Positions 49,896 to 58,187 of a DNA stretch of 64,000 nt are shown here, in pieces. The notes below the pieces were generated by a model. That model worked only from the letters and a program-made list of their open reading frames with translations, was not told the origin of the DNA and did not search any database. The stretch is taken from IMG/VR virus record IMGVR_UViG_3300037245_003526, positions 88,297 to 152,296 of that record; one strand, 5' to 3'. This DNA is from a virus. Position numbers and translations under genes: made by a program. The stretch's first letter is position 1. Each line of letters starts with the position of its first letter.

Positions 49896-50410
49896 TCGGT
49901 TATAAGATCAAAGTTCAAATCCACACTTATATGCAGATTAGCGACTTCACTTTCCTTGTTATTTGGAAGCTGAATCCATCCGTTTATACCGCCGCCGTCA
50001 AAATATATCTTTGATCCAGGTTCCAGGGTTGTGAGATCAAAGGAAGTTTTACCGGCATGTGTTAACTCAAGTTCTTTCTGAGTCAAGGTATAGGTAAAAG
50101 TCTTATCTGTCGGACAAAGAGTACCTTTAAGTTTGTCACCTGAAAATCTGACTATCTGGTCTGTCCATGGCATATACCATTTATTGCAGAGAACCACATT
50201 CAAGTCCTCAATAATGTAATTGTCCGGAATAACAGTAGCTTCCTGCAGAGAAGCGTTCAGAGAATCGTTACTCACAGTTAGCGTATTAACCGTCCATAAA
50301 AGGAAAACCACGATTCCGGTGATAACCAGCACCGGGATTGATTTTGCTTTTTTGGTTTTGTAAAATTTTACCTTGCCATCATTATCCATAGTTGTAGTTG
50401 TCATGATCAT
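49889..50410 (-). CDS. membrane-anchored extracytoplasmic protein (compositionally foreign moron)
   Basis: N-terminal TM segment IPVLVITGIVVFLLWTV. GC content is markedly higher (about 40%+) than the ~30% window average. Confidence 0.45.
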   Translation of the reverse strand: MIMTTTTMDNDGKVKFYKTKKAKSIPVLVITGIVVFLLWTVNTLTVSNDSLNASLQEATVIPDNYIIEDLNVVLCNKWYMPWTDQIVRFSGDKLKGTLCPTDKTFTYTLTQKELELTHAGKTSFDLTTLEPGSKIYFDGGGINGWIQLPNNKESEVANLHISVDLNFDLITEK

Positions 50411-50701
50411 TCTCCTTTTTCTTGTTTTATTTTACTTCGTTGATTAAAAAACTTTTTAATACCTATACCTACCGCCGCCATTTATTCTTTATTTCAGAGT
50501 ACTATAATACTTCGTGGGGTTTTTGAAAGTTATGATATTATGGTGGGATTTTTACGACAATTGACTTAACTTCTCATACCATAATATATATAGTATTATC
50601 GTTTATATTGGATTGATAAAAAATGGTCATTTTTTATAAAATAGGGAACATAAAATAAATGGGAAATATGAATTATTATTTAATCGAAAAGGAGAAATTA
50701 A

Positions 50702-51253
50702 ATGGAGAAAATTCTTATCCTTTATAGTGGTGGTGCTGATTCCAGACTTATGTTAGAGCTAGCACATAAGATTGGATTATCAATCAATTGCCTTCTTATC
50801 AATTATGATCAGTTACATTCAGAAGAATTATCAATAGCAAAAAAACAACTAGAAGAATTAGAGATACCATACCAAACAGTCGATTTAAAAAATCTAAATA
50901 TTAATAGCGGTCTTACCGGAGATGGTATTAAAGATGATTCAGGTGATGTCCATGAAATGTATGTACCAGGAAGAAATACAGTATTTTTAAGTATAGCTCT
51001 TAGTATAGCTGAAAGTAAAGATATTAAAACAATATGGTTAGGATGTGATTGGTCAGATCGTTTAAATCTTTTTCCTGATTGTTATCAGGAATATATAGTA
51101 CAAATAAATGAGTTATTTAAAATTGCAGGTCCAAAATCAATAAAGGTTGAAGCTCCATTAATGGGATTAAGTAAAAAAAATATATTTGGATTACTTAAAT
51201 CATTTGGAGTAGATGAAGGAGATATTTTTTCTGGTTATGGGGATTTATCATGA
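50702..51253 (+). CDS. queC: QueC-like 7-cyano-7-deazaguanine synthase (PP-loop ATPase), C-terminally short
   Basis: ILYSGGADSRL PP-loop, YDQLH, VPGRNTVFLSIALSIAE, and DCYQEY. It lacks the C-terminal Cys4 zinc site of canonical QueC. Confidence 0.5.
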   Translation: MEKILILYSGGADSRLMLELAHKIGLSINCLLINYDQLHSEELSIAKKQLEELEIPYQTVDLKNLNINSGLTGDGIKDDSGDVHEMYVPGRNTVFLSIALSIAESKDIKTIWLGCDWSDRLNLFPDCYQEYIVQINELFKIAGPKSIKVEAPLMGLSKKNIFGLLKSFGVDEGDIFSGYGDLS

Positions 51254-51612
51254 AAAAAGAAAAGTTAAAAGAGGGAATTAAATATGACTTTGGAAAAAGT
51301 CGATATGATCTGATAGACCCATATGCATTAGAACAAGTTATACAAATATACACATTTGGTTGTAATAAATATGAAGATCATAATTGGCGAAAAGGAATGA
51401 AATGGAGTAGAGTATTCGGTGCACTAATGAGACATTGTTGGGCATTCTGGAGAGGAGAAGAAATAGATCCAGAAAGTAAATTACCTCATATGGCACATGC
51501 TGCATGGAATTGTCTTACCTTAATTAATTATTCAAAGTATAGAACAAAATTTGATGACAGATGGATAGAAACAGAAGAGAAAATAATCGAAAACGTAAGG
51601 AGAGGAAAATGA
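51250..51612 (+). CDS. phage NTP pyrophosphohydrolase-like protein (dATP/dGTP diphosphohydrolase N-domain family, from memory)
   Basis: GKSRYDLIDPYAL ... KYEDHNWRKGMKWSRVFGALMRHCWAFWRGEEID ... HMAHAAWNCLTL. This matches the pattern GKxRYDLxPxxAL ... KYGDxNWxKG ... SRxxDSALRH ... DHLAAAAWN that I recall for that family. Confidence 0.4.
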   Translation: MKKEKLKEGIKYDFGKSRYDLIDPYALEQVIQIYTFGCNKYEDHNWRKGMKWSRVFGALMRHCWAFWRGEEIDPESKLPHMAHAAWNCLTLINYSKYRTKFDDRWIETEEKIIENVRRGK

Positions 51613-52019
51613 TTAAAGTATACTTGGCAGGTTATGCAGGAGAAAAGGAATATAGAGAATATGTTTCTAAAAGATATGGAAGACATTTAGATATATTTGA
51701 TCCAATGAAAGAAGTTGACTCTAAAATTTTAGAAAAATATAGTGGAGGAACTTTATCAGAAAAAGATGTTGCTCTTATTGTAGAAGGAGATAAAGCAGCA
51801 ATTGAATCATGTGATATAGTTATTGTATATATAAGGAGAGCTTCTTTTGGAACAGCAATGGAAACGCTTCATGCATTCAAAAATAAAATTCCTGTTTATT
51901 TAATTGATTCAGATAATAAATGGAGAGAAGATGTTTGGGTACGATACCATACAACTAAGACATTCGATGATATAGATTCATGCTTCAGTTATATTTTAGA
52001 AAGCATAAAAGGATTGTAG
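51609..52019 (+). CDS. nucleoside 2-deoxyribosyltransferase-like / dNMP N-hydrolase-like protein
   Basis: MIKVYLAGYAG N-terminus and FGTAMETLHAFKNKIPVYLI (G-T-x-x-E catalytic motif). Start at 51609 (ATGA overlap, RBS AAGGAGAGG). Confidence 0.4.
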   Translation: MIKVYLAGYAGEKEYREYVSKRYGRHLDIFDPMKEVDSKILEKYSGGTLSEKDVALIVEGDKAAIESCDIVIVYIRRASFGTAMETLHAFKNKIPVYLIDSDNKWREDVWVRYHTTKTFDDIDSCFSYILESIKGL

Positions 52020-52065
52020 GTTTTTATTTTAAAATTGTGTAACAAAATAATGAAAGGGTATTAAA

Positions 52066-52593
52066 ATGGACTACTTTAGTTCCGATTGGCATTTTGGCCA
52101 TAGTAATATTATGAGGTATTGTAAAAGGAAATTTAAGCATATAGATCATCACGATAAAGCACTAATACGAAATTGTAATGATGTAGTTGGAGAAAATGAT
52201 AGGTTAATTTTCGTGGGTGATCTAAGTCTTAAAGCAGCAAATAATAAAGGTTATTATCAAAGACTCATTTCTAAAATCAAATGTAAAAACAAAATTATCA
52301 TTCCTGGAAATCACGATAGAAATAATTTCAGATTTTATGCCGGAGATGGCGGAGTAGGATTCAAACAACTTATTTGGCCGTATATGGAATATGAAGAGTT
52401 TATAGTATGTCATGATCCCTCCTTATCTCAAGTTGATAGAAACCGATTTTTTATATGTGGACATGTTCACGATCATTATCATATATTAGGTAATGTTTTT
52501 AATTGTGGTGTTGATGTGAATGATTTTAAACCAGTATCAATAGAAAGTATAAGACAACAATTAATAGATGAAAGGAATAAAAATGTCAAGTAA
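52066..52593 (+). CDS. calcineurin-like metallophosphoesterase
   Basis: DWHFGH, GDL, GNHD and GHVH motifs in order. Confidence 0.6.
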   Translation: MDYFSSDWHFGHSNIMRYCKRKFKHIDHHDKALIRNCNDVVGENDRLIFVGDLSLKAANNKGYYQRLISKIKCKNKIIIPGNHDRNNFRFYAGDGGVGFKQLIWPYMEYEEFIVCHDPSLSQVDRNRFFICGHVHDHYHILGNVFNCGVDVNDFKPVSIESIRQQLIDERNKNVK

Positions 52594-53269
52594 TAAAATA
52601 GATATTAATATGACAGAAGTAATATCTTTATTAAATGAAAAATATAATAAAAAGAAAGGAATAGATTCTGAAATATTAGAAATAATATCTTTATTAAATG
52701 AAAAATATAATAAAAGGAAAGGAATAGAAAAAATGACGACGGTAGAAAATTGTGAAGGTAGTTGTGAAAATAATTGTCCAGGAACATGTACATGTGCAAA
52801 TAATCCTTATGACATAGCAAAAAAATTAATTACTGATAGACAATTATCTGGAAATCGAATGGGAATAAATGATGATATATGTAATACAAATTTAATATCA
52901 AAAAATTATAGTCCCATGTTTGTAAGAAAATTTAATGCATCAGAACTTTATAATTGGCCACTATATGTTTCTATGATTTGTGACGAAGATGTTAGTGATA
53001 TTGATGCAGTAGTTAATGGTGCATTAAAAGCATTTGATGAAGCAGGTCTAATTAGTAATAATCTTCAAAGTATGAGAAATTTAACAGGTATAATATCTGA
53101 AACTGTATCAAAACATTATAACAATAAAAAACATAATTGTGTGGAAGGAATCGCAATAACTTTATACATTGATAAAGCTTATATACAAAGTTTTACTGGT
53201 GATTATATGAATCATGCCCAATGTAGATCAGAATACACATCAGCACTTCAAATGATGACCCAGATTTAA
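52583..53269 (+). CDS. hypothetical protein with an internal duplicated segment and a Cys-rich stretch
   Basis: ISLLNEKYNKKKGI x2, encoded by a ~48-bp direct repeat at 52621-52730. CEGSCENNCPGTCTC. Confidence 0.35.
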   Translation: MSSNKIDINMTEVISLLNEKYNKKKGIDSEILEIISLLNEKYNKRKGIEKMTTVENCEGSCENNCPGTCTCANNPYDIAKKLITDRQLSGNRMGINDDICNTNLISKNYSPMFVRKFNASELYNWPLYVSMICDEDVSDIDAVVNGALKAFDEAGLISNNLQSMRNLTGIISETVSKHYNNKKHNCVEGIAITLYIDKAYIQSFTGDYMNHAQCRSEYTSALQMMTQI

Positions 53270-53289
53270 AACCACACAGAGGAAGCAAT

Positions 53290-53571
53290 ATGAACAATTT
53301 TAATAGAAATTTTAAACCCAGTATAGCTATGACACACCATAATACTAATAAAAAACAGTTCAATAAATTCAATGACTTCAAACATGACCTATGTAATTTA
53401 CCTGAAGTTGCTACTAACATAATTATAAATTCAGATAAATTTACTGATCGTAAATCTGAAAAAGCATCTGAATATTTAGATCTACTTTTTGATTATGCAA
53501 TTTATGAACTTAAAAAATCTAAAGGAAAGAATGATGGAGGATCCGAGACTAACCAAAACTATAGACGATAA
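53290..53571 (+). CDS. hypothetical protein
   Basis: 93 aa. Confidence 0.3.
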   Translation: MNNFNRNFKPSIAMTHHNTNKKQFNKFNDFKHDLCNLPEVATNIIINSDKFTDRKSEKASEYLDLLFDYAIYELKKSKGKNDGGSETNQNYRR

Positions 53572-53926
53572 CCCCACCCTTTGTGATATAGGTTTCTACC
53601 ATAAATATGATGATCCAGAACATTTTGAAGCAGCTCGCACCAGAATGTATAAACGAAATAAAGCATTTGACTCATGTATAAAATGGTTAAGAGCTTGTAA
53701 ATATAGAGAAAAAGCTAGAACCTTTGAATACTGTAAACATTCAAGTTATGCTCTTAAAAGAATGATAGAAAATAAAACTGGATTACTTATAACAAATGGA
53801 ATATTTATAGCAGCAGTTATATACCTAAGAATACCATATCGCTCTAATAATGATAATCCAAATATAATTTTTTTACCACTATCAAAAACGTCTAAACCAT
53901 TAATCGAAGGAAAAATGACTTACTAG
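53531..53926 (+). CDS. hypothetical protein. Start uncertain; overlaps the upstream ORF.
   Basis: ATG at 53531 behind AAAGGAAAGA. C-terminal hydrophobic segment. Confidence 0.3.
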   Translation: MMEDPRLTKTIDDNPTLCDIGFYHKYDDPEHFEAARTRMYKRNKAFDSCIKWLRACKYREKARTFEYCKHSSYALKRMIENKTGLLITNGIFIAAVIYLRIPYRSNNDNPNIIFLPLSKTSKPLIEGKMTY

Positions 53927-53947
53927 AAAAAATGAAAGGAAATTAAA

Positions 53948-54493
53948 ATGTATATATACGATGTTTTAGAAGATAAACGATATAGAGAAAAAGTAAAAAA
54001 TAGGTTATTGAATAGGTCTACTGTAAATAAAGAAACAGGTTGTAGAATTTGGGATGGTTATAAAATACATGGATATGGAAATATTCATATAAAAAATAAA
54101 AATGTTGCTACTCATAGAGTTTCATATGAAGTTTTTATTGGACCTATTCCAAAAGATAAAATTTTGATGCATAGTTGTGATAATCCAGCCTGTATAGAAC
54201 CAACACATTTAGTTATAGGTACTATACAAGAAAATAACGAAGATAGATCAAGAAAAAATAGAACAGCAAGACAATTTGGTTCTTCTAATGGAATGGCAAA
54301 ATTAAACGAAGAGAATGTTAAATTTATTAAAGAATATTTACTTCCATATGATATAAGATGTCGTGAATATAAAACAATGAAGGAATGTGTTGCATTTGAA
54401 TACAATGTTAAACCATTAACAATTCATAATATCATGATCGAAAAAACATGGAAAAATATTAAAATATCTAGCGAAATTTTAGAAAGGATATAA
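53948..54493 (+). CDS. HNH homing endonuclease
   Basis: GCRIWDGYKIHGYGNI ... THRVSYE ... HSCDNPACIEPTHLVIGT ... N..D. Confidence 0.55.
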   Translation: MYIYDVLEDKRYREKVKNRLLNRSTVNKETGCRIWDGYKIHGYGNIHIKNKNVATHRVSYEVFIGPIPKDKILMHSCDNPACIEPTHLVIGTIQENNEDRSRKNRTARQFGSSNGMAKLNEENVKFIKEYLLPYDIRCREYKTMKECVAFEYNVKPLTIHNIMIEKTWKNIKISSEILERI

Positions 54494-54494
54494 A

Positions 54495-54824
54495 ATGGGA
54501 GTAATACCACCTTGGGAAGAAGACGTTCCATTAGTAGGACCATCACCTGTACATACAGGACCAGCACATGGACTTAAAATTGGACCAACTAAGGAATCTG
54601 AATATAATTGTCCTATACATGGAAACGTAAAAAATATAACATTAACAATATCTGCAGAAGCTGGAACGGGTTTTATACCATCATTTGCACATACATTTTG
54701 TATGTATTGTATAGATGATTTACTTATGGAGCATATTGGAGAAATAAAACTTGCAACTCCAACCGATTGGATGACTAATGTTATTAAGGAGGATGAGAAA
54801 AATGCCTTACATAAAAAGAGCTAA
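54495..54824 (+). CDS. hypothetical protein
   Basis: 109 aa. Contains a CPIHGN motif that was considered for QueD and rejected. Confidence 0.35.
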   Translation: MGVIPPWEEDVPLVGPSPVHTGPAHGLKIGPTKESEYNCPIHGNVKNITLTISAEAGTGFIPSFAHTFCMYCIDDLLMEHIGEIKLATPTDWMTNVIKEDEKNALHKKS

Positions 54825-55059
54825 ACGATTTAAGTTTATTAATTCTTTAAATTACTTAGGTAATACTATAGATACAGGTGGAGAACTAAATTATTGTTTC
54901 ACTAAACTTTGTCATTTATTTATGGAAGAACATGGTGAATCATATGATAATTATGCTGAATGTATTTCTGCTCTTGAATGTGCTAAGTTAGAATTATATA
55001 GAAGAAAGATAGCTGCTTATGAAACTACAAAGATAACTGAGAATGGAGATATAGAATAA
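54802..55059 (+). CDS. hypothetical protein
   Basis: Start at the ATG with AGGAGGA 9 nt upstream. Confidence 0.35.
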   Translation: MPYIKRAKRFKFINSLNYLGNTIDTGGELNYCFTKLCHLFMEEHGESYDNYAECISALECAKLELYRRKIAAYETTKITENGDIE

Positions 55060-55388
55060 TGGAAAAATATGTATCTAAAACTTGGGGTTATGAAGAATGG
55101 TTTGAGAATAATGACTTATATTGTGGTAAAAGATTAACAGTCTTTAAAGGTCAATGGTCTTCAAAAGGAAAATTTCATTACCATAAAATAAAGGATGAAA
55201 CTTTCTTTGTAATAAAAGGAACTCTTATAATTGAATTAGATATTGGAGCTCCTATAATACTTAATGAGGGAGATTCATATAGAATAAAACCAAATAAATA
55301 TCATAGGTTCACTTCAGAGACAGATGAATGTAAATTTATTGAAGTATCTACTACTCATTCAGATGTTGATTCATATCGCGTCAATTAA
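55059..55388 (+). CDS. cupin-domain protein
   Basis: WGYEEWF ... HYHKIKDETFFVIKGTL. Confidence 0.4.
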   Translation: MEKYVSKTWGYEEWFENNDLYCGKRLTVFKGQWSSKGKFHYHKIKDETFFVIKGTLIIELDIGAPIILNEGDSYRIKPNKYHRFTSETDECKFIEVSTTHSDVDSYRVN

Positions 55389-55412
55389 TAAAAATAAAGG
55401 AACAAATATAAA

Positions 55413-55652
55413 ATGCTATTACTTAGAGTGTATGTTAATCTTGATGAAATTGATACCATTGGAATAATAAATACAGGTCACGTAGACCCTGAAACAGAAG
55501 AACATTTATATAGAGTTCATTGGCCAGAAGATTATAAAGCTAAATATAACCATTTAGAAATCTATCATTTACGTACAGACCCTTGGACAGTGTTAGTCGA
55601 AAAAGTAATGAATGCAATGAATGTAAATTCTAAAATAAAGGAACCTGAATGA
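55413..55652 (+). CDS. hypothetical protein
   Basis: 79 aa. Confidence 0.35.
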   Translation: MLLLRVYVNLDEIDTIGIINTGHVDPETEEHLYRVHWPEDYKAKYNHLEIYHLRTDPWTVLVEKVMNAMNVNSKIKEPE

Positions 55653-56185
55653 ATTGTTTAAAATGTGGTGTTGAAACTACAAATACTAAATTTTGTGGAA
55701 GAGCATGTTCTGCTTCATATAACACAAAAGGTAGAAAACATTCTATTGAAACCAAAAGAAAAATAAGTAATACATTAGGTGGAGTAGGTAAAGCAGAAGA
55801 AGAACATTTTTGTAAATTATGTGGACATAATATTTCAAGTGTTAGAAAAACTAAATTATGTGATACATGTAAAATTGGTGAATTTTTATGTGATGTATGT
55901 GGAAAAATTTGTAAAACAGAATTAGGATTAAAAAGTCATAAAGAACAAGGTTGTATTAACAGAAAAATAGGTATAGATTCACAAGGTTATGAATATTTTA
56001 CTGATAATGAAAATAAATTTAAATATGTTCATAGATCTAAAATTGAAGAATTGTTAGGAAGAAAACTAAAAACTAATGAAGTTGTTCATCATAAAGATGA
56101 AATTAAAAAAAATAATGATATAGAAAATCTAGAACTAATGACTATATCTAAACATTCAAAACTTCATGCTGATATGCGCCGATAG
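55649..56185 (+). CDS. HNH endonuclease with N-terminal zinc ribbon and a C2H2-like finger
   Basis: CLKCG ... CGRAC, CDVCGKICKTELGLKSHKEQ, and C-terminal VHHKDEIKKNNDIENLELMTISKHSKLH. Its 3' end overlaps tRNA-Trp. Confidence 0.5.
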   Translation: MNCLKCGVETTNTKFCGRACSASYNTKGRKHSIETKRKISNTLGGVGKAEEEHFCKLCGHNISSVRKTKLCDTCKIGEFLCDVCGKICKTELGLKSHKEQGCINRKIGIDSQGYEYFTDNENKFKYVHRSKIEELLGRKLKTNEVVHHKDEIKKNNDIENLELMTISKHSKLHADMRR

Positions 56186-56251
56186 CTCAAGCGGGTAGAG
56201 TACTGGTCTCCAAAACCAGTGGTGGGGATTCGAGGTCCTCTCGGCGTGCCA
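56176..56251 (+). tRNA. tRNA-Trp (anticodon CCA)
   Basis: Manual cloverleaf. Acceptor GCGCCGA / TCGGCGT, anticodon arm CTGGT-CTCCAAA-ACCAG, T-loop TTCGAGG, 3' GCCA. Confidence 0.55.
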
Positions 56252-56273
56252 TAAAAACGAAAGGAAAATAAGA

Positions 56274-56558
56274 GTGGATGATATAAAAAGATATAAATCA
56301 CAAAACGAAATAAATATACCTATAGTTAGAAACTACAAAGATTTATATATTCTACTTCAAAGACCAATGAATTTTGAAGATGGTTCTGAAGCATATATTC
56401 ATTCTGAAGGAATTATAAGAGAAGATTGGCCGAATGCTCATTTATGTTTTTTAAAATATACAGCAGATAATAAAATAAGGGATTGGCTTTGGTTATTGAG
56501 TCCAGACGAAAAAAAAGGTATGTGTATTTTTGACTTTAAACCAGAGTATACAGTTTAA
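56274..56558 (+). CDS. hypothetical protein. Paralog A of a tandem duplicated pair.
   Basis: MDDIKRYKSQNEI ... C.FDFKPEY. Confidence 0.4.
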   Translation: MDDIKRYKSQNEINIPIVRNYKDLYILLQRPMNFEDGSEAYIHSEGIIREDWPNAHLCFLKYTADNKIRDWLWLLSPDEKKGMCIFDFKPEYTV

Positions 56559-56575
56559 ACGAAAGGTAGTTCTTA

Positions 56576-56860
56576 ATGAATGAATTAAAAAGATATAAAT
56601 CAGCAGAAGAATTGAATAACCCATATTTTGTTAAAGATCATAAGGACTTGAATAAATTAGATAAAAAGTTTGATTTAAAAGAGGGTGATGAAGCAGTTTG
56701 GATTATTGATAGAACTGGCTGTCCAGAATGGTGGAATGGCGAACGTAATTATTATAGAAATATTAATGATTCTAAAAATCCACAATATATATGGTGCCCA
56801 ATTAAGGGTGAAGATGGTGGTTTATGTTTTATTGACTTTGAACCAGAATACTCAATTTAA
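56576..56860 (+). CDS. hypothetical protein (paralog B)
   Basis: MNELKRYKSAEEL ... CFIDFEPEY. Same length as paralog A (94 aa). Confidence 0.4.
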   Translation: MNELKRYKSAEELNNPYFVKDHKDLNKLDKKFDLKEGDEAVWIIDRTGCPEWWNGERNYYRNINDSKNPQYIWCPIKGEDGGLCFIDFEPEYSI

Positions 56861-56877
56861 ACGAAAGGAAATTAACA

Positions 56878-57261
56878 TTGAAGATAGCATTTGATTTTCA
56901 CGGAGTATTACAAACGTATCCAGAAATTTTAAAACCTATTTTAATATCATTAAATAAAGAACATAATTTAATAATATTATCTGGACCACCATGGAAAGAA
57001 ATTTTTGTAGAACTTACTGACGCAGGTTATACTTTAGGTACCCACTATGATGAAATAATTTCTGTAGTTGATTGGATTAAAGAACAAGGTATTCCAATGC
57101 ACCAAAATGAAAATGAATCATGGTATTGTGATGATGAAAGTTGGTGGTCAAGTAAAGCTAAAATTTGTAAACAAAATCATATAAGTGTTTTAGTAGATGA
57201 TAAGATACAATATAAAGAACATATTGAAAATAATTTTCCATTATTTTTTCATGTGAAATAA
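56878..57261 (+). CDS. small HAD-like hydrolase (5'(3')-deoxyribonucleotidase-like). TTG start.
   Basis: IAFDFHGVL (motif I) and VLVDD (motif IV). Confidence 0.35.
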   Translation: MKIAFDFHGVLQTYPEILKPILISLNKEHNLIILSGPPWKEIFVELTDAGYTLGTHYDEIISVVDWIKEQGIPMHQNENESWYCDDESWWSSKAKICKQNHISVLVDDKIQYKEHIENNFPLFFHVK

Positions 57262-57262
57262 A

Positions 57263-57338
57263 CCTCCCATAGCTCAACAGGTAGAGCATTCGCCTTATAA
57301 GCGAAAGACGATAGGTTCGATTCCTACTGGGAGGACCA
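57263..57338 (+). tRNA. tRNA-Ile (anticodon UAU, reads AUA)
   Basis: Manual fold. Acceptor CCTCCCA / TGGGAGG, D-stem GCTC/GAGC, anticodon arm TTCGC-CTTATAA-GCGAA, T-loop TTCGATT, ACCA. Confidence 0.5.
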
Positions 57339-57343
57339 TATAT

Positions 57344-57418
57344 TCCTTAGTGGTGAAATTGGCATCACGTATGGCTGTTAACCATAAATTACAGGTTCGA
57401 CCCCTGTCTGAGGAGCCA
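57344..57418 (+). tRNA. tRNA-Asn (GUU)
   Basis: Manual fold. Acceptor TCCTTAG / CTGAGGA, D-stem GTGA/TCAC, anticodon arm TATGG-CTGTTAA-CCATA, T-arm ACAGG-TTCGACC-CCTGT, GCCA. Confidence 0.5.
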
Positions 57419-57424
57419 AATTAT

Positions 57425-57498
57425 TCTCAGGATGTATACGGAGCATTATTAATTGACGCGCGCTTTAGTAGGAAGTTCGACCCTTCCCCTGAGAGCCA
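57425..57498 (+). tRNA. tRNA-like element or pseudo-tRNA (no canonical anticodon arm)
   Basis: Acceptor TCTCAGG / CCTGAGA plus GCCA, and a good T-arm GGAAG-TTCGACC-CTTCC. The central 39 nt, including GACGCGCGC, does not fold into a D-arm and anticodon arm. Confidence 0.3.
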
Positions 57499-57504
57499 TT
57501 TAAT

Positions 57505-57580
57505 GGGTGAGTAGCTAAACTGGCTTAGCGTCGAGCTGTTAACTCGAAGTATGAGAGTTCAAGTCTCTCCTTGCCCTCCA
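57505..57580 (+). tRNA. tRNA-Asn (GUU), second copy
   Basis: Manual fold. Acceptor GGGTGAG / CTTGCCC (2 G-U pairs), D-stem GCTA/TAGC, anticodon arm TCGAG-CTGTTAA-CTCGA, T-arm GAGAG-TTCAAGT-CTCTC, TCCA. Confidence 0.45.
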
Positions 57581-57601
57581 TTAAAAACGAAAGGATACTT
57601 T

Positions 57602-57826
57602 ATGATAAGTCCATGTAAAAAATGTATTAATCATTCAAGAATATTTCCAGTATGTTTTGATAAATGCAAATCAATAGAACAATTTCAACATTCATTATTT
57701 CATACTTCTATTATTGAAGAAGCAGAAGATTATGAATATATAACTCAAGATTGTCTATGGAAATATGAAGGTATATATAGACTAGCTAATACGAAAACAC
57801 CTCAAATAGAAGCTCAACTATATTAA
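57602..57826 (+). CDS. Cys-rich zinc-ribbon family member (short)
   Basis: MISPCKKCINHSRIFPVCFDKCKS. Start behind AAACGAAAGGA. The track's longer ORF overlaps the tRNA. Confidence 0.4.
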   Translation: MISPCKKCINHSRIFPVCFDKCKSIEQFQHSLFHTSIIEEAEDYEYITQDCLWKYEGIYRLANTKTPQIEAQLY

Positions 57827-57829
57827 TAA

Positions 57830-57904
57830 TGGGGGATCGTCTAATGGTCAGGACCCAAGATTTTGAATCTTGTAATCGGAGTTCGAATCTCTGTCCCTCA
57901 GCCA
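57830..57904 (+). tRNA. tRNA-Gln (UUG)
   Basis: Manual fold. Acceptor TGGGGGA / TCCCTCA, D-stem GTCT/GGAC, anticodon arm CAAGA-TTTTGAA-TCTTG, T-arm CGGAG-TTCGAAT-CTCTG, GCCA. Confidence 0.5.
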
Positions 57905-57908
57905 AATA

Positions 57909-58172
57909 ATGCCGAGTAGTATATTGATTATTACAACCGAACTTAAAGGGAGAATGAGGTTTAATTCCTCACTCGGCAACCACTTAAAAATTATGAAAGA
58001 AAATCTATATTGGTTAAACACGACTTGGGGTTGTGGTGGAATACTAACAAATGATAAGAATATAATTACAAATTCATGTCCATTATATGGTTGGATGAAA
58101 GGAAATAAAATAAGTTATATTCTAAAGTATCTTGATAAAAAAAGAGTATTAAGAAAATGTAAAAAAATATAG
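57909..58172 (+). CDS. hypothetical protein
   Basis: 87 aa. A 7-bp inverted repeat (GCCGAGT / ACTCGGC) spans its 5' end. Confidence 0.3.
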   Translation: MPSSILIITTELKGRMRFNSSLGNHLKIMKENLYWLNTTWGCGGILTNDKNIITNSCPLYGWMKGNKISYILKYLDKKRVLRKCKKI

Positions 58173-58187
58173 AAAGGAAGGTATATT

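Noticed and set aside
54495-54824. QueD (6-carboxytetrahydropterin synthase) candidate, based on a CPIHGN motif
   Set aside because: QueD/PTPS needs C-x3-H-x-H with an upstream His at fixed spacing. Here the pattern is C-x2-H-G-N and the spacing does not fit, so it was left as hypothetical.
56685-56894. 69-aa ORF overlapping paralog B
   Set aside because: It is an alternate frame of a conserved duplicated gene and is spurious.
57425-57498. Third tRNA between the two tRNA-Asn genes
   Set aside because: The acceptor stem, T-arm and CCA are good, but no 5-bp/7-nt anticodon arm or D-arm can be drawn in the central region. It is reported only as tRNA-like or pseudo-tRNA.
57911-57977. Inverted repeat GCCGAGT ... 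ACTCGGC with a T-loop-like TTTAATT, possibly another tRNA
   Set aside because: No D-arm or anticodon arm can be drawn and there is no CCA. It more likely lies within the 5' end of the 87-aa ORF.
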